The notes under the pieces: model-generated | The model's database searches: none | What the model was told of the DNA's origin: nothing | What the model saw: only the letters and a program-made list of their open reading frames with translations | Shown: in pieces, positions 48,715-59,984 of the stretch | How positions within the stretch are numbered: position 1 is the first letter of the stretch | Layout: each line of letters begins with the position of its first letter | DNA from: a bacterium | Lineage (GTDB): Bacteria; UBA8248 | DNA: 64,000 nucleotides | Reading direction: 5' to 3' | Assembly (NCBI GenBank): GCA_965199855.1 | Contig: OZ241326.1 | Span: forward strand, 1,024,001 to 1,088,000 | Translations under genes and position numbers: made by a program

Positions 48715-49147
48715 GCGAATCGGAAGAAGAAAGGCCCGACGGCCCGCCCGCGCAAAGCGGAGCGGCCACGCCTGAAAAAGAAGTCAGAAAAATCCTCTCG
48801 AAACTTCCACGAGACACACCTCCCGACGTCATCGAGGCGATAGCGCAACTGGACTATTCGGGGCCTTTGCCTTTGCCCGCGATGATGCGTGAATACGAAA
48901 GCGTGAAGCCCGGTCTGGCCGACCGGATTATGAGGTTGGCCGAGAATGAACAGCAAATCCGCAAGCGTGACAATGGGCGCATTCTCTTCAATGACGGAGT
49001 GCGGATCTGGGGAAGCGTCTTTGTTTCGCTCTGCCTCATCGCCGCCGGAGTTTTTTGGGCGTTATCGGCGAACCATGGCTCGGGGGCGTATTGGGCACAT
49101 CGGGTGCGGTTGCGGGCATTGTAAGGGCTCTTCTCAAGCGCGGTTGA
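48711..49147 (+). CDS. DUF2335 membrane protein with one-base frameshift at T6 (49051-49056)
   Basis: YSGPLP..EYE..PG.ADRIM..AE.EQ motif; one extra T restores a second TM helix GVFLGVIGEPWLGGVLGTSGAVAGIVRALLKRG. Confidence 0.75.
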
Positions 49148-49172
49148 ACCGCGTTTCTGAGACCTGCGCGCC

Positions 49173-51692
49173 CTACTCCTCCACCGGGTGGTAGGTGAGT
49201 TCGCCCGCGGGCGGGGCGTCGTCCTCCCCTCCGGCGGTCTCCTCTCCGGCCTCCTCGTCGTAGAGGGCGTCGGGCGGGGCCTCTTCGATGGTTCGCGCCT
49301 CCTCCCCGGCGGCGCTTCCGGCTTCCGGGCGCGGCGCGGCCTCGTCCTCGGGCAGGGGCGCCAGGTTCGCCTCCCGGCGGATTCTTTCGGGCAGACCGCT
49401 CCACCGCCGCCTCACGCTCGCGTTTCCCACCGCCATGCCGAGCGCCTTTTTCGCGCCGACCAGCACGGCGAGGCGCTTCGCCCGCGTGAGCGCGGTATAG
49501 ACGAGGTTGCGCTGGAGCATCGGGTAGTGCTGGGTGTGCAGCGGGATGACGACGACGGGATACTCGCTCCCCTGGCTCTTGTGGACGGTGATGGCGTAGG
49601 CGTGCGTCACCTCGTCCAGCGCGCCGCGCGCGTATTCCACGACGCCCGAATCGAAGGCCACGCGGACGCTTCCCGCCTCGGGCGAGACGCTCCTGACGAC
49701 GCCGATGTCGCCGTTGAACACCTCCTTCTCGTAGTTGTTCCGCGCCTGGATGAGCTTGTCGCCCGCGCGGAACGTCCGTCCCCCGCTCTGGAGGGCGCGC
49801 GCGCCGCCCGCCGGGTTGAGCGCCTCCTGGAGCCGCGCGTTCAGGCTCTGCACGCCGAGGGCGCCGCGCTGCATGGGCGAGATGACCTGGAGCTCGGCGA
49901 TGGGATCGACCCCGAACTTCTCCGGAATGCGCGCGCGGCAGAGCTCGATGACGAGGTCCGCGCACCGCTCCGCCTCGGCCTCCTCGATGAAGTAGTAGTC
50001 GAGCGGCGCGTCCTCCCGCTCCCCCTTTCCGCTCCGCGGCATCTCGCCCCGGTTCACGCGGTGGGCGTTTTCGACGATGAGGCTCGCCCGCGCCTGGCGG
50101 AACACCTCGGTGAGCCGCGCGACGGGGAGGGTCTCGGAATCGATGACGTCGCGCAGCACGTTGCCCGGCCCCACGGAGGGGAGCTGATCCACGTCGCCCA
50201 CCATGACGAGCGTCGCCTCGTCCGGCACCGCGCGCAGGAGGTGGGCCGTCAGGTGCACGTCGAGCATCGAGGCCTCGTCGATGATCACGACGTCCCCCGT
50301 GAGCGGGTTTTCCGCGTCGCGCGTGAAGCCGCCCGCGTGCCACTTGAACTCCAGCAGTCTGTGGATGGTGGCCGCCTCGTGGCCGGTGACCTCCGAGAGG
50401 CGCTTGGCCGCCCGGCCCGTGGGCGCGCCCAGGATCACCTCGAGACCGAGCTTCGAGTAGAGGCCGGCGACGGCGCTCACGATGGTCGTCTTCCCCGTGC
50501 CGGGGCCTCCCGTCACGACGAGCGCCTTCCGGGTGAGCGCGCCCTCGATGGCCGCGCCCTGATCCTTCGTGGCCATTCCCCCCTCGAGGGCGCGCCGGGC
50601 GAGATGCCCCAGACGCTCCGGGATCGTCCCCCCGGGCGCGCCCTGGCCCCGCAGGGCGGCCTCGAGGCGCGCCGCGTCGCGCGGGGCGTTCAGGATGGCG
50701 GCGAGGCGGCGGGCGACCTCGCACTCGGCGGCGTGGAGGGGGCGCGCATAGACGCGCTTGTGGGCGGTCGAGGCGACGTTCTCCGCCCGGCTCGCCGATT
50801 CGATCACCAGGGCGCCGTCCCTGCCCATGCCGTCCAGGACGGGGGCGAGCGCCTCGGGCGGCGTCTCCAGCATGTCGGCGGCGGTCTCGACCAGATCCGC
50901 GTAGGGCGAGAAGCAGTGCCCCTCGCGCTCGGCGAGCTGGTTGAGGGCGTAGATCGCCCCCGCCGCCAGACGCTTGGGCGAGTCCGCGGGAATCCCCAGG
51001 TTCCGCGCGATGCGGTCCGCGCTCTTGAAGCCCACCCCGTGAATGTCCGCCGCCAGACGATAGGGGTCCTCGCGCAGAATCCGCGCCGAAGCCTCGCCGT
51101 AGGTTCTCAGGATTTTCTCGGAGAGGTGAAGCGGAACGTCGTATTGCTGGAGGAAGAGCATGATTTCCCTGACCTCGCTCTGGCTCTTCCAGCTCTCGAC
51201 GATGGCCGCCAGCTTCTTCTCGCCCAGGCCGGGAACCTCCTTGAGCCGTTCGGGATGCGCGTCGAGCACGTCGAGGGCGCGCTCGCCGAAGCGCGCCACG
51301 ATGCGGCGGGCGAGAGCGGGGCCGATGTTCTTCACGATGCCCGAGGCCAGGTATTTCTCGATGCCCTCGACCGTCGTGGGCGGCAGCGGGCTGGCGCGCT
51401 CGGCGTGGAACTGGCGGCCGAAGCGGGGGTGCTCCTTCCAGCGGCCCTCGAAGCGGACGCGCTCCCCCTCCCGGATGGCCGAGAGATGCCCCACCACGGC
51501 CACGCGCGGGCTGTCCGGGTTGTCCGGCTGGAGGAGGAGGACGGTATAGCCGGTGTCCTCCGCGCGAAAGCGAATTCGCTCGACCGCGCCGGTGAGCTCG
51601 AAGCCCTCGCCGGGGAACAGGCCCGTCTGGGGAGGCGCCGCGCCTCTGGCGGGCGCGCCTGCGGGGCGGCGCTTTCCGGGCTTGCGCGTCAT
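49173..51692 (-). CDS. recD2: RecD2 helicase
   Basis: HPRFGRQF, HhH repeats, GGPGTGKTT, DEASM, GDVDQLPSVGPG, HKSQGSEY. Confidence 0.96.
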   Translation of the reverse strand: MTRKPGKRRPAGAPARGAAPPQTGLFPGEGFELTGAVERIRFRAEDTGYTVLLLQPDNPDSPRVAVVGHLSAIREGERVRFEGRWKEHPRFGRQFHAERASPLPPTTVEGIEKYLASGIVKNIGPALARRIVARFGERALDVLDAHPERLKEVPGLGEKKLAAIVESWKSQSEVREIMLFLQQYDVPLHLSEKILRTYGEASARILREDPYRLAADIHGVGFKSADRIARNLGIPADSPKRLAAGAIYALNQLAEREGHCFSPYADLVETAADMLETPPEALAPVLDGMGRDGALVIESASRAENVASTAHKRVYARPLHAAECEVARRLAAILNAPRDAARLEAALRGQGAPGGTIPERLGHLARRALEGGMATKDQGAAIEGALTRKALVVTGGPGTGKTTIVSAVAGLYSKLGLEVILGAPTGRAAKRLSEVTGHEAATIHRLLEFKWHAGGFTRDAENPLTGDVVIIDEASMLDVHLTAHLLRAVPDEATLVMVGDVDQLPSVGPGNVLRDVIDSETLPVARLTEVFRQARASLIVENAHRVNRGEMPRSGKGEREDAPLDYYFIEEAEAERCADLVIELCRARIPEKFGVDPIAELQVISPMQRGALGVQSLNARLQEALNPAGGARALQSGGRTFRAGDKLIQARNNYEKEVFNGDIGVVRSVSPEAGSVRVAFDSGVVEYARGALDEVTHAYAITVHKSQGSEYPVVVIPLHTQHYPMLQRNLVYTALTRAKRLAVLVGAKKALGMAVGNASVRRRWSGLPERIRREANLAPLPEDEAAPRPEAGSAAGEEARTIEEAPPDALYDEEAGEETAGGEDDAPPAGELTYHPVEE

Positions 51693-51732
51693 GGGTTCTT
51701 CCCGGCGGGGCGGGCGGGCGTTCGGGGGCGCG

Positions 51733-52542
51733 TCAGGGGAGGCCCTCCCCGGCGCGGGCGCTTTTCGCCTCCCGCCAGAGGGCTTCCAGCGCCTCGGGCG
51801 GAGCGTCCTCGGGCGAGAGGCCCCGGGCGCGGAGCGCCTCCTCCACGTGGTGAAAGCGCGCGATGAAGCGCGCGGTGCTGGCGCGCGCCGCCCCCTCGGC
51901 GCTCACGCCGAGCTTGCGGGCCAGGTTCACCGCCGCGAAGAGGAAGTCCCCCATCTCCGCCTCGACGGCGCCGGGGTCTCTCCCGCGCATCGCCTCTGCG
52001 AGCTCCCCCCATTCCTCGGCCACCTTCTCCGCCGCGCCGTCCGCGTCCGGCCAGTCGAAGCCCACGCGCGAGGCCTTTCCCTGGAGCCTCTGGGCGCGCT
52101 GGAGGGCGGGCATGGCGGCGGGCACCCCGTCCAGAATCGAGGCGGGGCGCTCCTCCTGATCCGCGCGGGCGTTTCTCTTGCTGATCTCCCAGTTGCGGAG
52201 CACCTCGCCGCTGCTCCGCGCCCGCTCGCTCTGGAATACGTGGGGGTGGCGGTCGATCATCTTCTGCGCGAGGGCGCGGGCGGCCTCCTCGGCGTCGAAG
52301 AGCCCCCTCTCCTTCGCCAGCTGGCAGTGGAAGAGCACCTGGAGCAGAAGGTCGCCCAGCTCCTCCTTGAGCGTCCCCGCGTCGCCCGACTCGATGGCCT
52401 CCATCACCTCGTAGGCCTCCTCGACGAGGAAGGGCTTGAGGGTATGGTGGCTCTGCTCCCTGTCCCAGGGGCATCCGTCGGGCGCTCTGAGGCGGGCCAT
52501 CACCTCCACCGCGCGCTCGAAGCCGCTTTTCCGCTCGCTCAC
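51733..52542 (-). CDS. mazG: Nucleoside triphosphate pyrophosphohydrolase MazG
   Basis: GCPWDREQ, EEAYEV, EELGDLLLQ, RHPHVF, GFDW, EMGDFLF. Confidence 0.96.
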   Translation of the reverse strand: MSERKSGFERAVEVMARLRAPDGCPWDREQSHHTLKPFLVEEAYEVMEAIESGDAGTLKEELGDLLLQVLFHCQLAKERGLFDAEEAARALAQKMIDRHPHVFQSERARSSGEVLRNWEISKRNARADQEERPASILDGVPAAMPALQRAQRLQGKASRVGFDWPDADGAAEKVAEEWGELAEAMRGRDPGAVEAEMGDFLFAAVNLARKLGVSAEGAARASTARFIARFHHVEEALRARGLSPEDAPPEALEALWREAKSARAGEGLP

Positions 52543-52630
52543 GGAAGCCTCTCGCGTTTCGGGAATCGGCGTCCGCGCCATTATACGCCGAACGCCCCCG
52601 AAGGCAAGGAACGACCGGGCGGGAAGCGTC

Positions 52631-52676
52631 CCACGATATGGCGTATTTTGACGCCGGAAAGCGCAATATATTGTGG
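52631..52676. promoter_or_regulatory. Tandem NrdR-box-like operators
   Basis: GCGCAATATATTGTGG (52661-52676) matches acaCwAtATaTwGtgt; weaker CCACGATATGGCGTAT 30 bp upstream. Confidence 0.55.
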
Positions 52677-52740
52677 TTTTCGCTTGACAACGCGCCCGAC
52701 ATGGGGGAAATTTCCTTTTTTCTCGCGTGAGGAATCCCCC

Positions 52741-54549
52741 GTGAGCGAAGCGTCGCGCATACGCATACTCCCCGAGGCGCTGGCGAACCAGATCGCCGCG
52801 GGCGAGGTCGTCCAGCGTCCCGCCTCCGTCCTGAAGGAGCTGGTGGAGAACAGCCTCGACGCGGGCGCGGCGAGGGTGGAAATCGACCTGGAAGCCGGCG
52901 GCGCCTCGCGCGTTCAGGTGACGGACGACGGCTGCGGCATGAGCGCGGACGACGCGCTTCTGTGCCTGGAGCGCCACGCGACGAGCAAGATCGCCACGGA
53001 CGCGGACCTGGGCCGCGTCGCCACCCTGGGCTTTCGGGGCGAGGCGCTGCCGAGCATCGCCGCCGTCTCGAGGATGACCATCACCACCAGAAGGCCGGAG
53101 GACGCCCTGGGGGCGGAGGTGCGCATCGACGGCGGAACGCTCCGGCGCGCCACCGAGATGGGCGCCCCGCCCGGCACCCGCGTCGAGGCGCGCGCGCTGT
53201 TCTACAACCTGCCGGCGCGGCGGAAATTTCTCAAGAGAAAGGAAACCGAGCTCGCCCGCTGCATCGAGGTGGCGAACCAGGCGGCCATGGCGAACCCGGA
53301 CGTAGCCTTCGCCCTGCGCCACGGGCGAAGGACGCTGCTCGAGCTCGGCGGCTCGGGCGAGGCGATGAGGCGCGCGGCGGAGCTCGTAGGGAAGGCGGCG
53401 GCCTCCCAGCTCATGGAGATTCCCCGCGCCTCTTCGGGGAGCATGATCTTCGGCGGCTGGGCGGGGGCGCCGGGCCTGAGCCGCTCCACCCGGGACGCGC
53501 AGTATCTCTTCGTGAACGGGCGCCCCATACGGGATCGCCTCTTCGTCCACGCGGCGTATGCGGCCTACCGCAGCTTCATGCCGGTGAAGCGCCACCCGGT
53601 GTTCATCCTCTTTCTGGAGATGCCGCCCGAGGACGTGGACGTGAACGTCCATCCCGCCAAGCAGGAGGTGCGCTTCCGCTTCGCCTCGCGCGTGTATGAC
53701 CTGGTGCGCGAGAGCGTGGCCGCCGTCCTGGGCGCGCCGCCCGAAAGGAGGCGGCGGGCCTTCGCCGGGCAGGGAGCGGCCCCGGGAGGAGGCTTCGCGC
53801 CGCCGGCGCGCTCGCCCTCCCTGCTGGGCGGCGGGGGATACTTCGGGAGCTCTTTCGCGGAAGTCCCGCCCGTTCCCGCGCCTTCCGGCGAGCCCCCCCC
53901 GCCCGGGGACGCCCCGCGCGCGCCCATCGAGCGAATCCTGGAGCCGCCCCATCCGGCCGATCCCGTCGTCCTCTCGGAGTGCCGCTATCTGGGCCAGTGG
54001 GAGGGGTGTTTCCTGCTGTTCGAGGCGCCGCAGGGTCTGGCGCTCGTCGATCAGCACGCCGCGCATGAGCGGGTGCTCTACAACCGCTTCCGCGATCAGT
54101 TCCGGGAGGGAAGCGTGGAGAGCCAGACCTGCCTCGCGCCGCAGACCCTGCGGTTGCGGCCCGAGGAGGCGCTGAGCCTGGAGGCGCATCGGGAGGATCT
54201 GCTGCGCTCCGGCTTCGAGCTTGAAGACGCGGGGCCCGGCGAATACAGGATTCTCGCCGTGCCCGCGCTTCTGGCGGACAGCGACCCCGCCGGCGCGGCG
54301 TGCCAGGTGATCGAGGGGCTGGCGGACCTAGAGCGGCCCGTCAGCTTCGCCGACCTCATCGACGGCATCATCGCGCGGATGAGCTGCCGCGGAGCGGTGA
54401 AGGCGGCGCGCCCCATGCGGCCGGAGGAGGTCGCCGCCCTCGTTGCGGAGCTGGAGCGGACGCCGGGCAGGTGGACCTGCCCGCACGGGCGTCCCGTCAT
54501 GCTGGTGTTGGGCGCGGGTGCCGCGCGAAGCCGCTTTTTGCGCTCCTGA
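52741..54549 (+). CDS. mutL: DNA mismatch repair protein MutL (endonuclease type)
   Basis: NQIAAGEVV, GFRGEAL, DVNVHPAK.EV, DQHAAHER, CPHGRP. Confidence 0.97.
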   Translation: MSEASRIRILPEALANQIAAGEVVQRPASVLKELVENSLDAGAARVEIDLEAGGASRVQVTDDGCGMSADDALLCLERHATSKIATDADLGRVATLGFRGEALPSIAAVSRMTITTRRPEDALGAEVRIDGGTLRRATEMGAPPGTRVEARALFYNLPARRKFLKRKETELARCIEVANQAAMANPDVAFALRHGRRTLLELGGSGEAMRRAAELVGKAAASQLMEIPRASSGSMIFGGWAGAPGLSRSTRDAQYLFVNGRPIRDRLFVHAAYAAYRSFMPVKRHPVFILFLEMPPEDVDVNVHPAKQEVRFRFASRVYDLVRESVAAVLGAPPERRRRAFAGQGAAPGGGFAPPARSPSLLGGGGYFGSSFAEVPPVPAPSGEPPPPGDAPRAPIERILEPPHPADPVVLSECRYLGQWEGCFLLFEAPQGLALVDQHAAHERVLYNRFRDQFREGSVESQTCLAPQTLRLRPEEALSLEAHREDLLRSGFELEDAGPGEYRILAVPALLADSDPAGAACQVIEGLADLERPVSFADLIDGIIARMSCRGAVKAARPMRPEEVAALVAELERTPGRWTCPHGRPVMLVLGAGAARSRFLRS

Positions 54550-54583
54550 ACGAGGCGTCCGCGCCCCGGGGAAGGAAGCGCGC

Positions 54584-54612
54584 TTGACGCCGGCGCGCGG
54601 GCGCGGAACAAT
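54584..54612 (+). promoter_or_regulatory. Possible sigma70 promoter for guaBA
   Basis: TTGACG-17 bp-AACAAT. Confidence 0.4.
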
Positions 54613-54769
54613 GCCGGGACAGCGAGAACCGGGGGGTTCGTCGGGGAGAACCCTTCGGTCGCCGCCTCTCGCGGGGATCATCGGCCGCCGGCCCGGGAGG
54701 CGTCCGATACGCCCGCTCTTGTTCCTTCACGGCGCAATCGCGGCGGGCGTTTTCTTTCCTTCGTCCTGA

Positions 54770-56338
<1,569 letters not shown>

Positions 56339-56411
56339 CTTCACGCGGGCGGGCGCTTTCGCCTGGCCGCCCGCCGCGTTCGCTCAAGCGGCCTGACTCA
56401 TCGGTGGTCTG

Positions 56412-57941
56412 ATGCGGGATCGGATACTCATCCTCGACTTCGGCTCGCAATACACCCAGCTCATCGCCCGGCGCGTGCGCGAGCTGGGCGTCTATTGCGA
56501 GATTCACCCGTGCGGCTCCGACTGGGGCGCGCTGGCGGACGCGGGCGTCCGCGGCGTCATCCTCTCGGGCGGGCCGATGAGCGTATACGAGGAGGGCGCG
56601 CCCACGGTGGACGCCGCCCTCCTGCGCGCCGACGTGCCCCTCCTCGGCATCTGCTACGGGATGCAGCTGATGACCCACCTTCTGGGCGGCAGCGTCGGCG
56701 CGCGGAGAAAGCGGGAATACGGGCGCGCGGAGCTCGCGGTCGATGAGGCGGCGGGCATCTTCCGCGGCCTCTCGGACGCCGAGACCGTCTGGATGAGCCA
56801 CGGCGACGCCATAGAAGCCCCGCCGCCCGGCTACAGGCCCCTCGCCCGCTCGAACGGCTCTCCCGTCGCGGCGATGGCCTCCGACGACGGGCGGCGCTAC
56901 GGCATCCAGTTCCACCCGGAGGTGGCGCACACCCCGCGCGGCAGGGAGATTCTGGAGAATTTCGCGCGCGGGGTCTGCGGGTGCGAAGGGAACTGGACGA
57001 TGCGCTCCTTCGTCGAGGAGGCGGTGGAGCGCGTCAGGGAGCAGGTGGGCGGGGAGCGCGTGGTGTGCGGCCTCTCGGGCGGGGTGGACTCGGCCGTCGC
57101 GGCGACCCTCGTCGAGCGGGCGGTGGGCGAGCGGCTCACCTGCGTCTTCGTGGACAACGGCCTGCTCCGGAAGAACGAGGCGGAGGAGGTGGCGGCCGCG
57201 TTCGGCCCGAGGCTCCGCCTGGTATGCGTGGACGCCGGCGCCGAATTCCTGGGCGCGCTGCGCGGCGTCGCGGATCCGGAGGAGAAGCGCAGGCGGGTGG
57301 GCGAGACCTTCATCCGCGTGTTCGAGCGCGAGGCGGCGAAGCTGGGCGACGTGAAGTTTCTCGCCCAGGGGACGCTCTACCCCGACGTCATCGAGAGCGT
57401 CTCCCTCAAGGGCCCCTCGGCGACCATCAAGACCCACCACAACGTGGGCGGGCTTCCCGAGCGGATGCGCTTCGAGCTCGTGGAGCCCCTGCGCGAGCTC
57501 TTCAAGGACGAGGCGCGCGCCGCGGGCGAGGCGCTCGGCCTGCCCCGAGAGATGCTCTGGCGGCACCCGTTTCCCGGCCCCGGCCTCGCCGTGCGCGTGC
57601 TGGGCGAGGTGACGGAAGCGCGCGCGGCGACCCTCCGGGAGGCGGACGCCATCTTCATCGAGACGCTCAGGGCGCATGGCTTCTACGACAAGGTCTGGCA
57701 GGCGTTCGCCGCGCTGCTGCCCGTGCGCGCCGTGGGGGTGATGGGCGACGCGCGCACCTACGAGAACGCGCTCGCGCTGCGCGCCGTCACCAGCGCGGAC
57801 GGGATGACGGCGGACTGGGCGCGGCTGCCGCCCGAGCTGCTCGCCGAGGCTTCCTCGCGCATCATCAACGAGGTGCGCGGCGTGAACCGCGTGGCCTACG
57901 ACGTATCCTCCAAGCCGCCGGGGACGATTGAGTGGGAGTGA
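56412..57941 (+). CDS. guaA: GMP synthase (glutamine-hydrolysing)
   Basis: [39 protein letters not shown]. Confidence 0.98.
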   Translation: MRDRILILDFGSQYTQLIARRVRELGVYCEIHPCGSDWGALADAGVRGVILSGGPMSVYEEGAPTVDAALLRADVPLLGICYGMQLMTHLLGGSVGARRKREYGRAELAVDEAAGIFRGLSDAETVWMSHGDAIEAPPPGYRPLARSNGSPVAAMASDDGRRYGIQFHPEVAHTPRGREILENFARGVCGCEGNWTMRSFVEEAVERVREQVGGERVVCGLSGGVDSAVAATLVERAVGERLTCVFVDNGLLRKNEAEEVAAAFGPRLRLVCVDAGAEFLGALRGVADPEEKRRRVGETFIRVFEREAAKLGDVKFLAQGTLYPDVIESVSLKGPSATIKTHHNVGGLPERMRFELVEPLRELFKDEARAAGEALGLPREMLWRHPFPGPGLAVRVLGEVTEARAATLREADAIFIETLRAHGFYDKVWQAFAALLPVRAVGVMGDARTYENALALRAVTSADGMTADWARLPPELLAEASSRIINEVRGVNRVAYDVSSKPPGTIEWE

Positions 57942-58069
57942 GGGGATTGAAATCGGCAAGCGCAAGGCTGGATACTGACGCCCGTCCCTTGCCAGATGGG
58001 ATAGAATCATCCCGCCGCGCCGTTTGCGAAATTTCGCCGCCGGTTTGAAATTTTCTTTGGGGAGCGTCA

Positions 58070-58588
58070 ATGAGAGCGCATCGCGCATGGAAGGCGTCCG
58101 TTTTTCCGCTTCTTCTCGCCGTCTCGCTTCTCCCGGCGGCGGGCGCTCAGGGCGGCGAGGCGGAGCGGCGTCCCGGGCATGAGCCGAAGAAGCCCCGCGC
58201 CCACGCCGTGAAGCGGGGCCATGGAAAGATGAAGCATTCCGTAAAAATCGTTCCGGCGGACTTCCCCAACCCCCCGGGCGTGAGGCTGCGTCTGGAGGAG
58301 GACGCCCACGCGAAGGGAGCGGTGAACCTGTTTCTGGATTTGAGGAATTTTCGCTTCGCCCCGGCGGAGGTGAACAAAACCTCGAGGATCGGCGAGGGAC
58401 ACGCCCACCTCTACGTCAACGGCGAGAAGCGCCCCCGGCTCTACGGCGCCGCCTATTTCCTCGAAAACCTGCCGAAGGGCAGGGTGAAAATCCGCGTCAC
58501 GCTGAACACGAACGCCCATGAGGATCTGATCCGCAAGGGGCGACTGATAGAGGACGTCGTGGAATACCGGGTGGAGCACAGGAATTGA
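58070..58588 (+). CDS. Exported His-containing, possibly metal-binding protein
   Basis: Signal peptide; GEGHAHLYVNG and LNTNAH motifs. Confidence 0.7.
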   Translation: MRAHRAWKASVFPLLLAVSLLPAAGAQGGEAERRPGHEPKKPRAHAVKRGHGKMKHSVKIVPADFPNPPGVRLRLEEDAHAKGAVNLFLDLRNFRFAPAEVNKTSRIGEGHAHLYVNGEKRPRLYGAAYFLENLPKGRVKIRVTLNTNAHEDLIRKGRLIEDVVEYRVEHRN

Positions 58589-58630
58589 GCGGACGCGCGG
58601 CGCCCTCAAGCCCGCCCGCGTGAGGCGGAA

Positions 58631-59515
58631 ATGGCCCGCTCGCTCAGGAGGCGCTTGGGATTCATCGTCAAGCGCTGGCATTCCAGGCTCACGACCCTCA
58701 TAAGCGGGCGTTCGGCGGTCGCCATTCTTACCGAAGGAAGCAACGGGCGGCTTCTCGTCGCGCCGGACGACTCGGGCGTCGGATACGCGCTCAGGACGAA
58801 GGGGGAATACGGAGCGCGCGAGCTCGAGAGAATTTGCGGGCTTCTGTCGCCGGACTCCCACGTTCTCTTCATCGGCGCGCACGTGGGCGCCCTGGCCATA
58901 CCGGTTTCCAGAAAATGCGCGCGCGTCACGGCGATTGAGGCCAACCCGGACACATTCGCCCTGCTGGAGGCCAACGCGCGGATGAACGGCTGCGCCAACG
59001 TGCGGCTGCTGAATTTCGCCGCCGGCGAGCGGCGCGGCAAGGCGCGCTTCCTGAAAAGCAGGGTGAACTCCGGGGGCTCGAAGCGGGAGCCGCTGGTTTT
59101 CAGAAAAATGTATTATTATGACGACCCGAAGGTCGTCGAGACGCCCGTGAGAGTCCTGGACGAGGAACTGGAGGATGCTTTCTCCCTGGTGGTCATGGAC
59201 ATAGAGGGCTCGGAGTATTTCGCGCTCTCGGGGATGCGAAGGATTCTGGAGAGTGCGGAGGCGCTGATTACGGAGTTCGTCCCGCGTCACTTGAGGGACG
59301 TCGCCGGGGTCGGCGTGGAGGAGTTTCTGGAGAAGGTCGGCCCCTCCTTCGACAGGCTGACCATCCCCTCGCTGGGAATCTCCGTCGGCAGGGAGGGCTT
59401 CGCCCCGACCCTCGATCGGATGTTCGAGGGCGGCGAGGAGGACGAGGGCGTCATTTTTGAAAAATCCCGGACGGCGGCGCGGGGCGCCGCCCGCGGAGGG
59501 GAGGCGGAATCTTGA
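58631..59515 (+). CDS. FkbM-family methyltransferase
   Basis: IGAHVG, IEANP, MDIEGSE. Confidence 0.85.
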   Translation: MARSLRRRLGFIVKRWHSRLTTLISGRSAVAILTEGSNGRLLVAPDDSGVGYALRTKGEYGARELERICGLLSPDSHVLFIGAHVGALAIPVSRKCARVTAIEANPDTFALLEANARMNGCANVRLLNFAAGERRGKARFLKSRVNSGGSKREPLVFRKMYYYDDPKVVETPVRVLDEELEDAFSLVVMDIEGSEYFALSGMRRILESAEALITEFVPRHLRDVAGVGVEEFLEKVGPSFDRLTIPSLGISVGREGFAPTLDRMFEGGEEDEGVIFEKSRTAARGAARGGEAES

Positions 59516-59877
59516 TCGTATGGGCGCATTTCCTGACGGCGGCGGCGGCGGTCGTCCTGGGCCTCGTCAATCTGGCCTCGGCGAAGGGAACGCCCAGGCA
59601 CCGCTTCATCGGCTGGTGCTGGATGGGCGTCATGACGTTCGTCACGGTCTCCTCGTTCTGGATCAGGGAGCTGAACGACGGCGACTTCAGCTGGATACAC
59701 CTGCTCACGATATGGACGATGATTTCCATGGCCGCCGCCATCCTCTCCATCAGGCGCGGCAGGGTGCGCGTGCACGCCCTGTTCATGGCGGGAACGATGA
59801 TAGGCGCCCTCGTCGCCGGCGCACTCGCCATGATGCCCGGCCGCTTCATCAGCGAGATTCTGGGCTACGCCGGCTGA
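59512..59877 (+). CDS. DUF2306 membrane protein
   Basis: KGTPRHR..G, SSFWI, FSWIHLL, PGR. Confidence 0.8.
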   Translation: MIVWAHFLTAAAAVVLGLVNLASAKGTPRHRFIGWCWMGVMTFVTVSSFWIRELNDGDFSWIHLLTIWTMISMAAAILSIRRGRVRVHALFMAGTMIGALVAGALAMMPGRFISEILGYAG

Positions 59878-59984
59878 TCGCCGCCGGCGGGGGGCTGAAA
59901 AGCGGATCCGGAAGGAAGATTCAAAGCGGCGGGAGCGCATGAAGGCGCGCCCGCGCGAAAAACACCGCCCCGTGGGAGCAGGAC

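Noticed and set aside
54560-54585. SRP RNA-like GGAAGGAAGC (also near 59908)
   Set aside because: Lacks the CAGG..GCAG domain IV pairing and the long flanking stem
57930-59880. Genomic island integrated at the guaA 3' end
   Set aside because: No integrase and no extragenic duplication of the guaA end; the GAGTGGGAG near 62778 is inside dnaE coding sequence
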